Shown: positions 38,483 to 53,994 of the stretch, piece after piece | Layout of the letters: every line of letters starts with the position of its first letter | Numbering within the stretch: position 1 is the stretch's first letter | Source: Eledone cirrhosa | Lineage: Eukaryota | Reading direction: 5' to 3' | DNA length: 64,000 nt | Assembly: GCA_964016885.1 (NCBI GenBank) | Contig: OZ024743.1 | Location: forward strand, 109,182,001 to 109,246,000 | Position numbers and translations under genes: made by a program | The notes under the pieces: generated by a model | What the model was told of the DNA's origin: nothing | Databases searched by the model: none | The model's input: only the letters and a program-made list of their open reading frames with translations

Positions 38483-39484
38483 CATATATAAATATATATA
38501 TATGGCACCAACGTGGTTCATCATATATGAAAATATATAGTAATTATTATTATATTTCAATACATATATTCATATATCTATATATATGATTTGAAATATA
38601 ATAATAATAACTGAAGAAATGTTCAAGCAATACTTTTTACAAATATTCAAGTGTTACAATGTTCATAACACAGCTGCAAATAAATTAGTGCAAAAGTATG
38701 ATTTTTGATGATATTTTCGTTATTTTTTGTTGGATGTTCTGAAAATTCGATTGTGCTTCTAGTGAATAAGATGACGTATTATTTCTCAGAGAGTGGGTAA
38801 GATAGTCATATAGCTAGTATTAATTTATTAGATAAAAACTAAATAAAAATATATTAACCATAAAAATGAATGTAGACTGGTGTAAAGAGAAGGTACTGAG
38901 TAAAAAAATGAGGAAGGGGAAGGCAAAAATTGATTTTTCTTCACGCTAACTTGGTTTTAGTCTGACATTGGCGCCATTTTGACTTCTAAGAACGCTAGAA
39001 CGTTATCTGAAATTTCGCAAAACTAGGTTAGAGATATTGTGAGTGAGTGTGTATATATACGCAATAGTATATATGTTATATATACAATCACATGTGTGAG
39101 TGTGTACGTACGTATGTGTGCTTGCACCGTGTAAAATCAACAAAATATGTTAATTGCTGTAAGTTAATTAAATGGAGGCGTAATATTCGCCTTTGTTTCA
39201 TGACACGTTTATATTATTGTTATTGTTTTTAGTTTCTCCATTATAATAATATTATAATTTTATTTTCTTGGAAATATTATTCTAGCATCCTTTAAAATAC
39301 TATGGTGGTTCAGATTAGGAATGAAAGTGCGAATTTGTAGTGAATGGAAAATGCGTTGAAGTGTAAATTTAATTACATAAGAAATACATGCTTCTACACA
39401 ATCTTAGCTACGATGTTGTACTTTTTATATTACATAGAGCTGTTCTAGTTTTCTTCCTTCTTATTTGTGAGCAAGTATTGGTGT

Positions 39485-39510
39485 ATATTATTATTATTAT
39501 TATTATTATG

Positions 39511-39542
<32 letters not shown>

Positions 39543-39569
39543 CATTATTATTATTATTATTATTATTAT

Positions 39570-39615
<46 letters not shown>
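39485..39615. repeat. (ATT)n-(AGT)n microsatellite
   Basis: Directly visible. Confidence 0.95.
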
Positions 39616-39616
<1 letters not shown>

Positions 39617-41694
39617 TCGATTTGTTGTTCTTGTTTTGTTTTCGATTTCCTTTTGTCCATGGTAACAATGATGATGATGTTGATTAGGGTAATGATTTAT
39701 ATTGTCTGGACGTGAATGATTATGCTATTGTTTAGGTTAATGGTAGTCTTGATGATAATGGTGATGTTATTAGGTATTTGTTATACTTTAGATTCAAAAT
39801 ATCTTTCTCTATAAATTTACAACTTGAGTGTTGTACTCTTTACACATTTCAACAATAACCGTATGCATTGTTAGGTTCCGAGATAATGATGCCTTTTCTC
39901 GTGATTACAAATGATTCAATGAGGTATTCAACTAAAGCCACTTAAAGGGTGATATCTAACGAGCGAAGAAATGTGCATGTTAATTTATAACAGGGCTGCA
40001 AGTATGTTATAAAATAAAAGAAAATATCAATCTGAAATCAAACAATTCAAGAATAACAAACTAAGTAATTGTACGAATTAAATTCATATTAAAAATAAAA
40101 ACAGAATAAGGGAAAATATGTACTTCTAGATTAAAAGAAGTGCCTTCTGAAGTTCACTATCCGTTATTGAACTTTAAGACGTAGCCTCAAAAATTGCCTT
40201 CTTTCAGGCAAATACAGATTAATAGAAAAAATAATCAATATATTCAGATAACAATATATTAATTATATACATAAACATGTGCACAAACACATACACACAC
40301 GTACGAAACACAAACACAAACACATATACACACACGCACAAAAACATAAACACAAACGCACATAGATACACACACGTACCAAAATATACACAAACACAAC
40401 ACACTCAAATGTATGTGTAATGATACACACATTGCAAATTCGAAGTTAGATAATTTTATATATCACGATCTTTTCAGCAGACATCATAAATTTGCCGTAG
40501 TATTTAACATATAATAGGATATGTGACTCAAGTAAATGTCACAAAATATGAAATATTTGTGTCACAACGCGATCGAAGGAGAAGCCCGGGGATGACACCT
40601 GGCAAACGTCTCTGCCCATTGTTTCTATTTACAAGTATAATTTATTAGAATTTCTCAACAGTTATTTATCCTAAACGCATATTATTATTGTCATTATTGA
40701 AATAACACATTCATATCTCTCTCAAACTCCAATGTATTTCACAGTTGACATATATCTACAATGGCATTCCCCAAAACTAACATCCAGGGGCAGCTAAACA
40801 TTGAAATCTAAAACAGAATATTAAATACCGAAATAATTATGAAAGGCATTTATATTTACAAACAGTTTATGCGATCTACATACATTGTTAGGCACAAATG
40901 CCTGCTAAATTTTGGCAGCTCTCTTGATTTTAGTCTCTTGTAAACTTCGATAAAACGATTATAAGTACATGTTCTTTACTTGATAATTTAATATTGCGGG
41001 AAAATGCCCAAAAAATTCAGGCCCCTTTCTTAATGTGAAAAAACGGCGGTAAACTGAATAAATATTCGTGTACTTTCTAAATATATATTATCTCATAATC
41101 GGAACACGGTCTAAACAATTGCTTACGGAAATTTTCAGTTCAGAAGATTTGACAAATAAGTATTACGACTCAGCACATATTCATATATTCACATATTCAC
41201 GTAAAATATGATTATAACATCAGACGAGGTTGTTTAGTAATTAATACATTTTCTCTTATGTATAATGAAACATAATGTAATGGCCAGTGATGTAAACATT
41301 GTAAAAAATGTATGCATCAAATCAAGTGTATTTATTATTGTACTAAAAAATATAATATAACAGGTCTCTTGAGAATGCCTACCTCAATTACACGTTTTCT
41401 AGTGCGAAAGCGGATGTCAATAGATAATATCATATTAGTTAATATGAAATATTTTCCTTGTCTAACAATATAACGCAATTGATATATAGATTTGTATAAT
41501 AGTTTATGATACAATGGTCCATATTTTGGTACCAGTTCACAAAGAAACGGACGGAAAGTCATCATCATCAGGTACAAGTATCAAATTAGAAAATTTATTA
41601 AAACACGTATAATCTACATGTAATTGATCAAGAGAAACTCTCAAAGTGATACAAATGCACATGCAGGCATAATACACACACCCATATATATATG

Positions 41695-41785
<91 letters not shown>

Positions 41786-41789
41786 TAAA

Positions 41790-42876
41790 TATATATAAAT
41801 GGTAAATAATGATACACGTGGGACCTGCCCTTGTATAGGAGCAAATTTTGGAATATAATAGAAAGAACAAGGAATAAGGTCAATAGAATAAACTCATGGT
41901 ATGAAAGCAATAAATACCAGAGTGTAGTGCTCATCAATACAACCCCTAGAGGTGAATTAGCTTACACATTTAGAAGGGCCCTAGATAAACTTAAATTAAA
42001 TATTAAGATAGTAGAAAAACCAGGTACCTCTATCAAAACCCTTATTAATAATACATACCCTTTTCAAAGACCTCCCTGTATAGATAAAAAATACATAATC
42101 TGTAAACTAAGCCCCCATATTAACTAGAAACATAGTATATAGTATATATGTACTGAAGGACAATGTAAAGATAAGAATATAGTGTACATACGAGACAGCT
42201 CGTAGTATAGGAGAACGATTAAATGAACACTGTCGTGAGCTTAAACATGGATGAGAGTCATCAGTACTCCACCAACATGCTAAAATAGAACATAAGGGCA
42301 AATTAGAGAACATAGAAATAAAAATAACATCTACACAGAAAATACGCAATGTTTAGACAAATCACAGAGGCAATAAACATAAATGAACTCCAACCAAAAT
42401 TAAATAGAAAACATGAATGGATTAGCAACATCACAACTTAAAATTAAGTACAAAATGAAAACACACACCCATAGAACAAACAACCAACCAGTAAGATGTA
42501 AATAAACAAATAAATAAACAAAGACAAACACACACAGACACCCGGATGTAACACATGCTAAACTAAGCACACAACACACACAAAATCAAGATGGCGTAGG
42601 ACAAAACAAAGAAAATAATCCCCATTCACTGAAGAGGTCACATAATGTGTAACGAAAGAATGTTGACAATATATGAACCACCATCCGGTTGTGGAACCAA
42701 CCAACCGGAAATTTATAAATGTTAAAATTTGTAATTTCATTTATAATAAATTGGAGTGAAAGGAATTGGTGCGTGTGTTTTCTTACTGGCAATATGCCCC
42801 CCCCCCCCAAGTATAACAATATCGGTTTCAACACAGGTTTTCAGATAAAGAATGTTGCTAAAGTAATTCAGAAACG
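41790..42876 (+). mobile_element. PLE 3' fragment (GIY-YIG region plus pseudo-LTR) inserted in (TA)n
   Basis: YRSKFWN..SWY..TTPRGEL..IKIVEKPG..C..IICK, then ETARSIGERLNEH and PKLNRKHEW; same family as 50690 and 53988; CTGAAGA..GAAA motif at 42629-42657. Confidence 0.87.
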
Positions 42877-42950
<74 letters not shown>

Positions 42951-44357
42951 TATATATTTAATAATACACTGTGTGAATATTTTAAAACATTTTAAAGGCC
43001 TTTTTGGTTTGAATTTAAGGCGGTGACTCTAGTCAAGCTTCAGCAAAGAGAATTGGAAATAATCGACGATCGTTTTTCACTGCTTAGTGATTATCAAGGC
43101 TATATATCTCTTGACTTTTGTTGTGTGATGTTGAAGCTGGGTTCTTATGGAATACCAATTATGTCTATGTGTTGTTTAAACTCATTAATATGCAGAGCGG
43201 CTGCCGGCCCAGCAACAAATAGAAATTTGTGTCGGAGCCCTGAAATGTAAATATAAATGTACGTAATGTATATTTATTTATATACAGTCATTCTTGCCCG
43301 CTAAATAATAACTGCCTTGAACGCAATCTAGTGTATAAATGGATTATTAAAACTAATAATAAGTCGTATAATTATATCGGTGCTACTTCTTCTAAATTTA
43401 AGGAAAGATGATACAATCATACACATACATTAAAAAGAATAGATAAGACATTCTCCACTTCTCTGTCACCGTTACTATGGCCTCTTAAAAGCAAAAACAT
43501 CGATTACTCCCTATTTTGGCATAAACTGGGTATGACCCCCCATATGTAAATTCTACTATTTATAAAAATTGTAATCGCTGTAATACTGACATTTTGTATA
43601 TTTTTTGTAATAGGAAATATATTATTAATAAACGCACGGACGGTTTTGTGGCTGTGTACACAGGTTTCCTAGATCTTTTCACAGAATGTTTAGCTAAACT
43701 TATACACACACATATATATATATATATTTGTATGGTTGTATTGATATTTATGTATGTATATATATATATGCGCATGTATATATGCTTTTTATATATGCAT
43801 ATGTATATAATATCAACTTAATAAGTGGCACTATATCTTTCTAAAAAAATGTTTCTATGTCATAAGATATTTTATATATTATATTATAGATTTTCTATTT
43901 TCCTATACTTTCTCTCATCCATTTATTTTTTCCAATCACATATTTATTCTACCTCCCTTAACTCCTTAAATTCTATTTCATATAATCCATAAGAAAACAG
44001 ATGTTATAGATTATCCGTTCTCCTATATGCTTATCTGATTTATCCGTTATAACCCTTACATAATATGTTCTCACCTACCAAAATCTAGGATTGCAGCTAA
44101 ATAAATTTATTATAGATAACAAGTTATATATGTTTTTCTATATCTACAATAATTATATAAAATACATATCGGTTTTCGATATTACCCTTACAATTAAAAA
44201 TGAGGATTTATTTATATACTTATTTATTCTAAGCCCATTAATACATTCTTTCCCCCTGAACTATACAATATTTAGCTTAAATAAAATGATAGTTAATACC
44301 ACATAAAATTAGATACAATTAATCTAGTATATTCATAAAACCCTCCAATTATAATAT

Positions 44358-44546
44358 AATTGTTTCTACTTCTGGCACAAGGCCAGCAATTAACCAGTGT
44401 ATTACTGGTACTTTATTTTATCGACCCCGTAAGGATGAAATGCAAAGTTAACCTCGGAGGGATTTTAACTCAGATAATAAAGGCACGTAACTCTATGCTT
44501 CAAAGCATGGTGTTCGACTCTCTACCGATACTCCCAATCCACCGCC
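44358..44546 (-). mobile_element. SINE
   Basis: Full-length reverse-complement copy of the 15884 family. Confidence 0.88.
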
Positions 44547-44693
44547 TATATTATTATAATATAATATTTTAAAAAAATAAACCTTATATAAATAATCAAA
44601 ATTCTCCCCCTTGTTTATTTATTTACTTATATCTAAATGCAATTTTCCTTCTAAACCTGAAGTATATCTTCCTATTTTGTCATATAATCTCTC

Positions 44694-44823
<130 letters not shown>

Positions 44824-44906
44824 GGAGGTGAGTGTTATTGTAGTACAATAAAGCAATGCAGATATCGGATAAGAAGCACTCTACAGTTTGTAGGACTGGA
44901 GTATAC

Positions 44907-45126
44907 ATAATATATAAGATCAAAAGATGGTTAAAGGAGTTCCATGTATTTTATTATGCGCATTTCATGTTGATTTAAAACTGCACTATCCACAAATGTT
45001 TTTTAGCCTTCATATCATGTTCTCCTGTTTTATCTGATGAAAACACAAATATTATTGCATGATGATGTTTGTTTTTGAAATGCACATAATAAAATACATG
45101 GAACTCCTTTAACCATCTTTTGATCT

Positions 45127-45135
<9 letters not shown>
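44907..45135. repeat. Short fold-back mini-element with hammerhead
   Basis: 44907-44967 is the reverse complement of 45077-45135; ends in (TA)n. Confidence 0.85.
45026..45096 (+). ncRNA. Type I hammerhead ribozyme (best-formed in the window)
   Basis: TGTTTTAT CTGATGA AAACACAAATATTATT-gcat-GATGATGTTTGTTTTT GAAA T-GCAC-A TA^ ATAAAATA: 8-bp stem I, about 15-bp stem II, AUA triplet. The mirror arm has palindromic TGCGCA in stem III. Confidence 0.83.
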
Positions 45136-45173
<38 letters not shown>

Positions 45174-45296
45174 TAAGCTACATATATATTATATAACCGT
45201 TTTTTTCTGACTAATCTAACTACGCTATTTTAAACAAAATATATGAATCGTTTAAATTAACTGATTTTATTTTATATTTTTAATTTTTATCTTTTC

Positions 45297-45488
45297 CTAG
45301 GAAGATTTGAGATTTTTATCATGGACCTGTAAAAACCATTCTTGATAGTATACTATGAAACAATTTATACATCTCATATGTATTTTGTCTGAAGAAGGCA
45401 TTTTTGTTAAACGTATATTTTTGCATCCCCGAAACATATAAAATGAAATAAATTGTGATGTTATAAAGTTATATCTTTCGTTTATTAC

Positions 45489-45492
<4 letters not shown>
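45297..45492 (+). mobile_element. Solo pseudo-LTR of the Nematis-like family with degenerate hammerhead (45381-45450)
   Basis: TATTTTGT CTGAAGA AGGCA...CCCC GAAA CATATAAA ATGAAATAAAT is homologous to 21643-21750; the NUH triplet is mutated. Confidence 0.7.
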
Positions 45493-45571
<79 letters not shown>

Positions 45572-46593
45572 TATTTAGTAAAATGAGAGGAAGCCGGACA
45601 GGTGACATTCCTTCAATTTTTTTGTTTATGCAAACAACATGTACGTTTCAGAGGCCTGATTTCGTAGGATCCTGGTGACATAATCATTGACATACATTGA
45701 CATACTCATTGGCATAATCATTGTCATACATTGCATAATATCTATATACTAAACACATTCCAAACGGCTCGAAGGTGATTATGTTGACTAGGGTGTATAT
45801 GAAACGATGTTCAATATGATTATGTAAAATGAACACACGAAATTCTCGCTAGGAATATATAAGTGGTGATTATGCTACAACTTTGATATACGATTTTTAG
45901 AATGCCAGAGCGCTCTGTTTGAATGTTTAACCTTCTCCTTTAACAATTTATCTATTCGGTAATGAGACTAATAAAGGGTAAATACTATATGGGATTCCTG
46001 CATGAAACCTCGGCAGGATATACTCATTTGCATATATTGCCAATTTGAGAGTTTAGGATTAATTATCATTATCACTAATATAACATGGTACATAATAGTA
46101 GTAAAGACTAAGCATAAATCTACCTACACTAAAAAAATGACAATATCATAAAGTACTACTGACACACCGAACGAAATACACTCACCAAATTACATTAAAC
46201 TGATATTATATATTAAAGCAACGTCCATAGCGACCAAATAATCAACCCAGCCACTAATATCTATGAAAAGGTCCTGCGACCTAGAGCTAAAATTGCCTAA
46301 AACCCACAAACAAATACAATAACTAGTTACCCTAAAAAGAAAACAATGTTTAACACATTAAAACAACGTCGATTCAAAATCATCGACTGATAAAATCTTT
46401 TCCTGGGTCCTGTATTTTAGTTGCTCTAGTGATGCGGCTGGACTGCCGGCCGTAATATCTGATTTGCTAAGCTGTCTGAACGCATTGTTATTACTCTGGT
46501 TTGTTTTTTCCCCATCCGAGTGCTAAAGCTACAGACCGATTCTGCATTCGTTAGCTTGGCCGTGTTCTAAAGCTTCGTTAATGCTGTGCTAAA

Positions 46594-46676
<83 letters not shown>

Positions 46677-46677
46677 C

Positions 46678-46736
<59 letters not shown>

Positions 46737-46989
46737 ACAGTGACATGAGTAACATCGAAGTTGCATCTGGAGCTAGCATCTTTTGTATACAATCCTCAGA
46801 AGCTGGCAGAAGCACTCGATGAGATGATGTCGATAAATCGATATATTATAGCTCAGAGTAATAAACATACCTTAAAGGTTTGACGAATTGAAATTGCGAC
46901 CGGGTAAAAACTGCCACAAAAGCCAGGAGAACAACGAAAATACAAACATCTTATATACGAACCTGGACCTGATTGAAATATATTATTAA

Positions 46990-47150
46990 ATGGTGGATTG
47001 GCAGTATCTGTAGTTACGTCCCTTTACGATCTGAGTTCAAATCCCGCCGAGGTTGACTTTGCCTTTCATCCTTACGGGCTCGATAAAATAAAGTACCAGT
47101 AATGCACTGGGTAATTGCTGGCCTTGTGCCTAAAGTAGAAACAATTATTA
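46990..47150 (+). mobile_element. SINE (small internal deletion)
   Basis: TGGTGGATTGGCAG...GAGTTCAAATCCC...AAGTACCAG...GTAGAAACAATTATT. Confidence 0.88.
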
Positions 47151-47589
47151 AATGTCTTCGATTGGTTTATGGGAAACCCAAATCAACACTCCAAAGGGCG
47201 CAATATGCCAGTCAGCGCTGTATCATACGATCGAACATGGATTCCCTTCTCAAGAGGCGTTTCGTTCTGTATACCAATAGCTCGGCATCATGGGACCGCT
47301 CTTATTCACCGTAGTATCAGCTATGGCAGCGCGGTCACGTGTTGTTTCACAAAAAAGGAGGAAGTTTCATATCCGGGCAAATGGCGAGCAAATTCATAAA
47401 TGTGAAGAAAGGAATCTATTAACAACATTTGAAGTATGCTCTCGACTAGGTAATCAAACAAACAAAGATAAGTAATTTATCAACTAATTAATTAATTATA
47501 AAGAGTAGAAGAGAATAATAACAATGATAGTGAGTAAAATTGAAGTGACAGCTCCGACTAGCATCTTTCGAATACAGAAGCTGGCACAA

Positions 47590-47683
<94 letters not shown>

Positions 47684-47688
<5 letters not shown>

Positions 47689-48365
47689 AGTACATCTACC
47701 AACATATGTGTACAGATGTACACCCATGCTAGCAAATATATATGTTATGTCTTGGTACCTTTGTGGTTCTATGCAGGGGGATGAAGAACAATTATATGAA
47801 AGACGTAAAATAAGAAAATTTTAAAAGTTAAAAATCAACTTACTTACTAAAATGTTCACTCCAACTAATTAGTTTCTGTAAGGAGATAAATATAGTTACG
47901 TAATATAACCATAGATAATTTCTTACGTCATCAGGGAGTCTGTTCTCAGCTAAGTTCCCAGGCGATGCACGGACACTAGCAACACATATAAAAATAATAA
48001 TTCAGTGGATGGAATAAAGCTAGCGAGGACTAAATTCCTGAGCACTGTAAAAATTCACTGCCTCTGGTCAGTGGCAGATTCTAAAGAATCAATCACGTGA
48101 CACTGAGGTTAATCAGTTAGGAGCGGGGTGGTATTATGACAAGAGCCTACTAATATCCTGAATCAGCAGTAAATTTTGGCAAGTTTTGCTCAACAAGTAA
48201 TTTGGAGATAAATATAGAGAATTAGTACATCTACCAACATATGTGTACAGATGTACACCCATGCTAGCAAATATATATGTTATGTCTTAGTACCTTTGTG
48301 GTTCTATGCAGGTGGATGCAGAACAATTATATGAAAGACGTAAAATAAGAAAATTTTAAAAATTA
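47684..48365 (-). mobile_element. Retrozyme-like non-coding element with about 140-bp terminal direct repeat (period about 535 bp)
   Basis: 47684-47826 is repeated at 48219-48362; homologous to 5608-6487; minus-strand CTGATGA-CGTAA..TTACG at about 47895-47935. Confidence 0.75.
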
Positions 48366-48432
48366 ATGATGTAAGGATTCTCTCTCTATATATATGACGT
48401 AAGGAATTCTCTCTGTCTCTCTCTCTCTCTAT

Positions 48433-48463
<31 letters not shown>

Positions 48464-48476
48464 ATTATTTAGTAAT

Positions 48477-48511
<35 letters not shown>

Positions 48512-48517
48512 TTTAGT

Positions 48518-48554
<37 letters not shown>

Positions 48555-48560
48555 GTTAGT

Positions 48561-48637
<77 letters not shown>

Positions 48638-48977
48638 TTTAGTAATATGAGAGGAGTCCAGACAGGTGAATTTCCTTCAAATTCACACAAAAATCAGAGT
48701 CTCTTAACCAATAAACTAAATTCAAAGGACCCATAAAAAAATACCACAAAAACATAACTTAAATAATTTAATACATGTCCACTATTCTGGTATGGTATTA
48801 GAGAACTTGACTCCTAAGGCTGCCACCGCTATCATGATGTAATAACATATCCCTGTTTGAAACATGATATAAACTTACTAACTAACAGACGATTAAATAC
48901 ACAACCATCTTACCCGATGAATGTTGTCCATTCATGTACAAAACCACAAACGTGAATATATATTTCAGAAATAGTAT

Positions 48978-49160
48978 AATTGTTTCTACTTTTGGCCCAA
49001 GGCCAGCAATTATCCCAGTGTATTACTGGTACTTTATTTTATCGACCCCTTATGGATGAAAGGCAAAGTTAACCTCGGCGGGTTTTGAACTTAGTCCGTA
49101 AAGGGACGTAACTGTGCTGCAAAGCATGGCGTCCAACCCTCTACTGATACTGCCAATCCA
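48978..49160 (-). mobile_element. SINE
   Basis: Reverse-complement copy of the same family. Confidence 0.88.
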
Positions 49161-49848
49161 TAATACAAGACATGATCTGTTATGGCCCATATATTACAAT
49201 ATATGATATTTTATCTAAACTGTTTATATGTAATTAATGTTTTCATGTACTAAAATCTACGGATATATGCTATATTTGTAGCAAGTACAAATTTTCTAAT
49301 AATCTAAATGATGCCAATGCTTCTAACAAAGATCTGGTTTAGTAGCTGCTTTAATTGCTACTATTTTGATGCTATCATTTCATCCATTAAAACACACAAT
49401 TAGACATTATATTGATCCTTAATGGCTACCGAGAAGACCAAACTATGTAGTGACATGCGTGAAAAGTACTTAATCGTTAGCAGTTATGTTAATAGCATTT
49501 TTTCATTTGCTTTTATAAGATTAAAAATCATCGTCAAACAATATCCGATTTCGTATATTTTACATTCTAAATCTGCAGTTTAACTTCCTAGTTCTGCAAT
49601 AATTGTCTATAATTTAGGTTAGGTCTTGCCAACATCCTTGCTGTATTTCACAGATACTGCTTTACTGAAAATAGCTAAGCTGATCTGGAATATGCATTTT
49701 TATATTTATAGATTTCTTTTGTGTAATTACAATTTTGAAGGGAATATTAAATCAATAGAGATTTTTTGAGTTTACAAACCAAATATAAAACGAATGTTTT
49801 ATTCTTACATTTCTCCGTAGCGTTAATCCATATTATTAAAAATAGTTA

Positions 49849-50037
49849 GGCGGTGGATTGGCAGTATTGGTAGAGGGTCGGACGCCATGCTTTCTAGCAT
49901 AGTTACGTCCCTTTACGATCTGAGTTCAAATCCCACCGAGGTTGACTTTGCCTTTCTTCCTTACGGGGTCGATAAAATAAAGTTCCAGTAATACACTGGG
50001 TAATTGTGGCATTGTGCCTAACGTAGAAACAATTGTT
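49849..50037 (+). mobile_element. SINE
   Basis: GGCGGTGGATTGGCAG...GAGTTCAAATCCC...GGGGTCGATAAAATAAAG. Confidence 0.88.
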
Positions 50038-50298
50038 AAAAATAGTTATGATGTTGATATATTTCAGTCAATGTTTCTTTTTAGGTCTTATCGAATCACC
50101 TTCAATTCTAAGTTGAAAAGTGTTAGAATGATTTTTAAATCACTGTTCTTGTTTGCTTATTCAACATGTATACAATAATAGAACCTTATTTACGTATATA
50201 TTTACTAGCACTATATGTTCTATATACGAAATGTTTTGTACCTGATTATCCCAACTTTATTTTCTTCCATATTATTCATCTATATTATGTTAGGAATG

Positions 50299-50363
<65 letters not shown>

Positions 50364-50468
50364 ATACATATATATGTGTATATACATATACATGTGTATA
50401 TATGTATATATATGTGTATGTGTATGTGTATGTGTATGTATGTGTATGTGTATGTATATCCATGTGTG

Positions 50469-50544
<76 letters not shown>

Positions 50545-50551
50545 AATATAT

Positions 50552-52637
<2,086 letters not shown>

Positions 52638-52646
52638 TATATATAT

Positions 52647-52734
<88 letters not shown>

Positions 52735-52752
52735 GTATGTATATATATATAT

Positions 52753-53812
52753 ATGACGAAAACTTCTACAGGAAAATCACTAAAAACGAAGAAAGGAAAT
52801 CGAGGAACCAAATAGGCAAACTAACAACAAAGTACCAAAACAACCTAAGACCAAAAGAAGTAGATTACCTAACCAACTTCGAAATGAAAACCAGCAATTT
52901 CTATGGATTACCAAAAATTCACAAATCCATAGAAATCCAAAACAACATAAAAGGCAAAAATACATCATACATCGAAGCACCAAAACCGACAGACTTAAAA
53001 TTACGCCCCATTATTGCTGGCCCAGCCTCAAGCACACAACGTCTAAGCAACCTATTAGACATCATACTCAAACTCCTATGTAAAATAGTTCCAAGCTACA
53101 TCAGAGATGATATGGAATTCCTTAACTATATCCCCCAAAAAGTACACCCGGATACACTCCTAGTCAGTTTTGATGTAATAAGCCTGTACACTAACATCCC
53201 ACACGACCTAGGGATTGAAGCTGTGGACTTCTGGATTACAAAACACTCAAGTCACATTTCAGAAAGATTCCCCAAAGAATTCATCTTGGAAGGACTTAAA
53301 TTAGTATTGGAAAACAACCACTTCCTCTTTGACAACGAACTTTATCTACAAATAAAAGGAACAGCCATGGGTACCAAAGTGGCCCCTACATATGCAATTC
53401 TCGTTATGGGTCACTTAGAGGCAACATTATATTCCCAACTACAGATAACATTCAGTCACGACTTCGCCTTCTACATTAATAAAAACTGGAAACGTTACCT
53501 AGATGACTGCTTCATCTTCTGGAACAGAAGCCAAACAGACCTACAAAAAATGTTATTCGATCCTAAACAGGCTTCATGAAGCTATACAATTCACTATGGA
53601 ATGTAACGAAAAGGAACTGCCCTTTCTAGATATCCTCATCATTAAAGAAGGGGAAAATATCATAACGGACCTATTTTGCAAACCCACTGACACACACCAA
53701 TACTTAAATTTCCGGTCAGCACACCCCTCACATACGAAAAGGAACATTCCCTTCTACATGGCAAGGCGAATCTGCACTATAGCAACACACCCCGTACTAC
53801 ACCAACAACCAA
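52753..53812 (+). pseudogene. Neptune-like PLE reverse transcriptase fragment
   Basis: FYGLPKIHK, LRPIIAGP, FDVISLYTNIPH, GTAMGTKVAPTYA, WKRYLDDCF, LPFLDI, KPTDTHQYL..SAHP; one frameshift near 53550. Confidence 0.9.
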
Positions 53813-53959
53813 CAACTTAATTTATAAAATAATTTTTTTTAAGAAAAATTCTTTTTGGATTTTGTGAAGAAAATAAATTTGTTGAAAGCACAAGTGAAGC
53901 CATTTTTTCTTCCCCCCTGTCTTAATATACCTAACTGTACCAGGGATTACACACATTTT

Positions 53960-53987
<28 letters not shown>

Positions 53988-53994
<7 letters not shown>

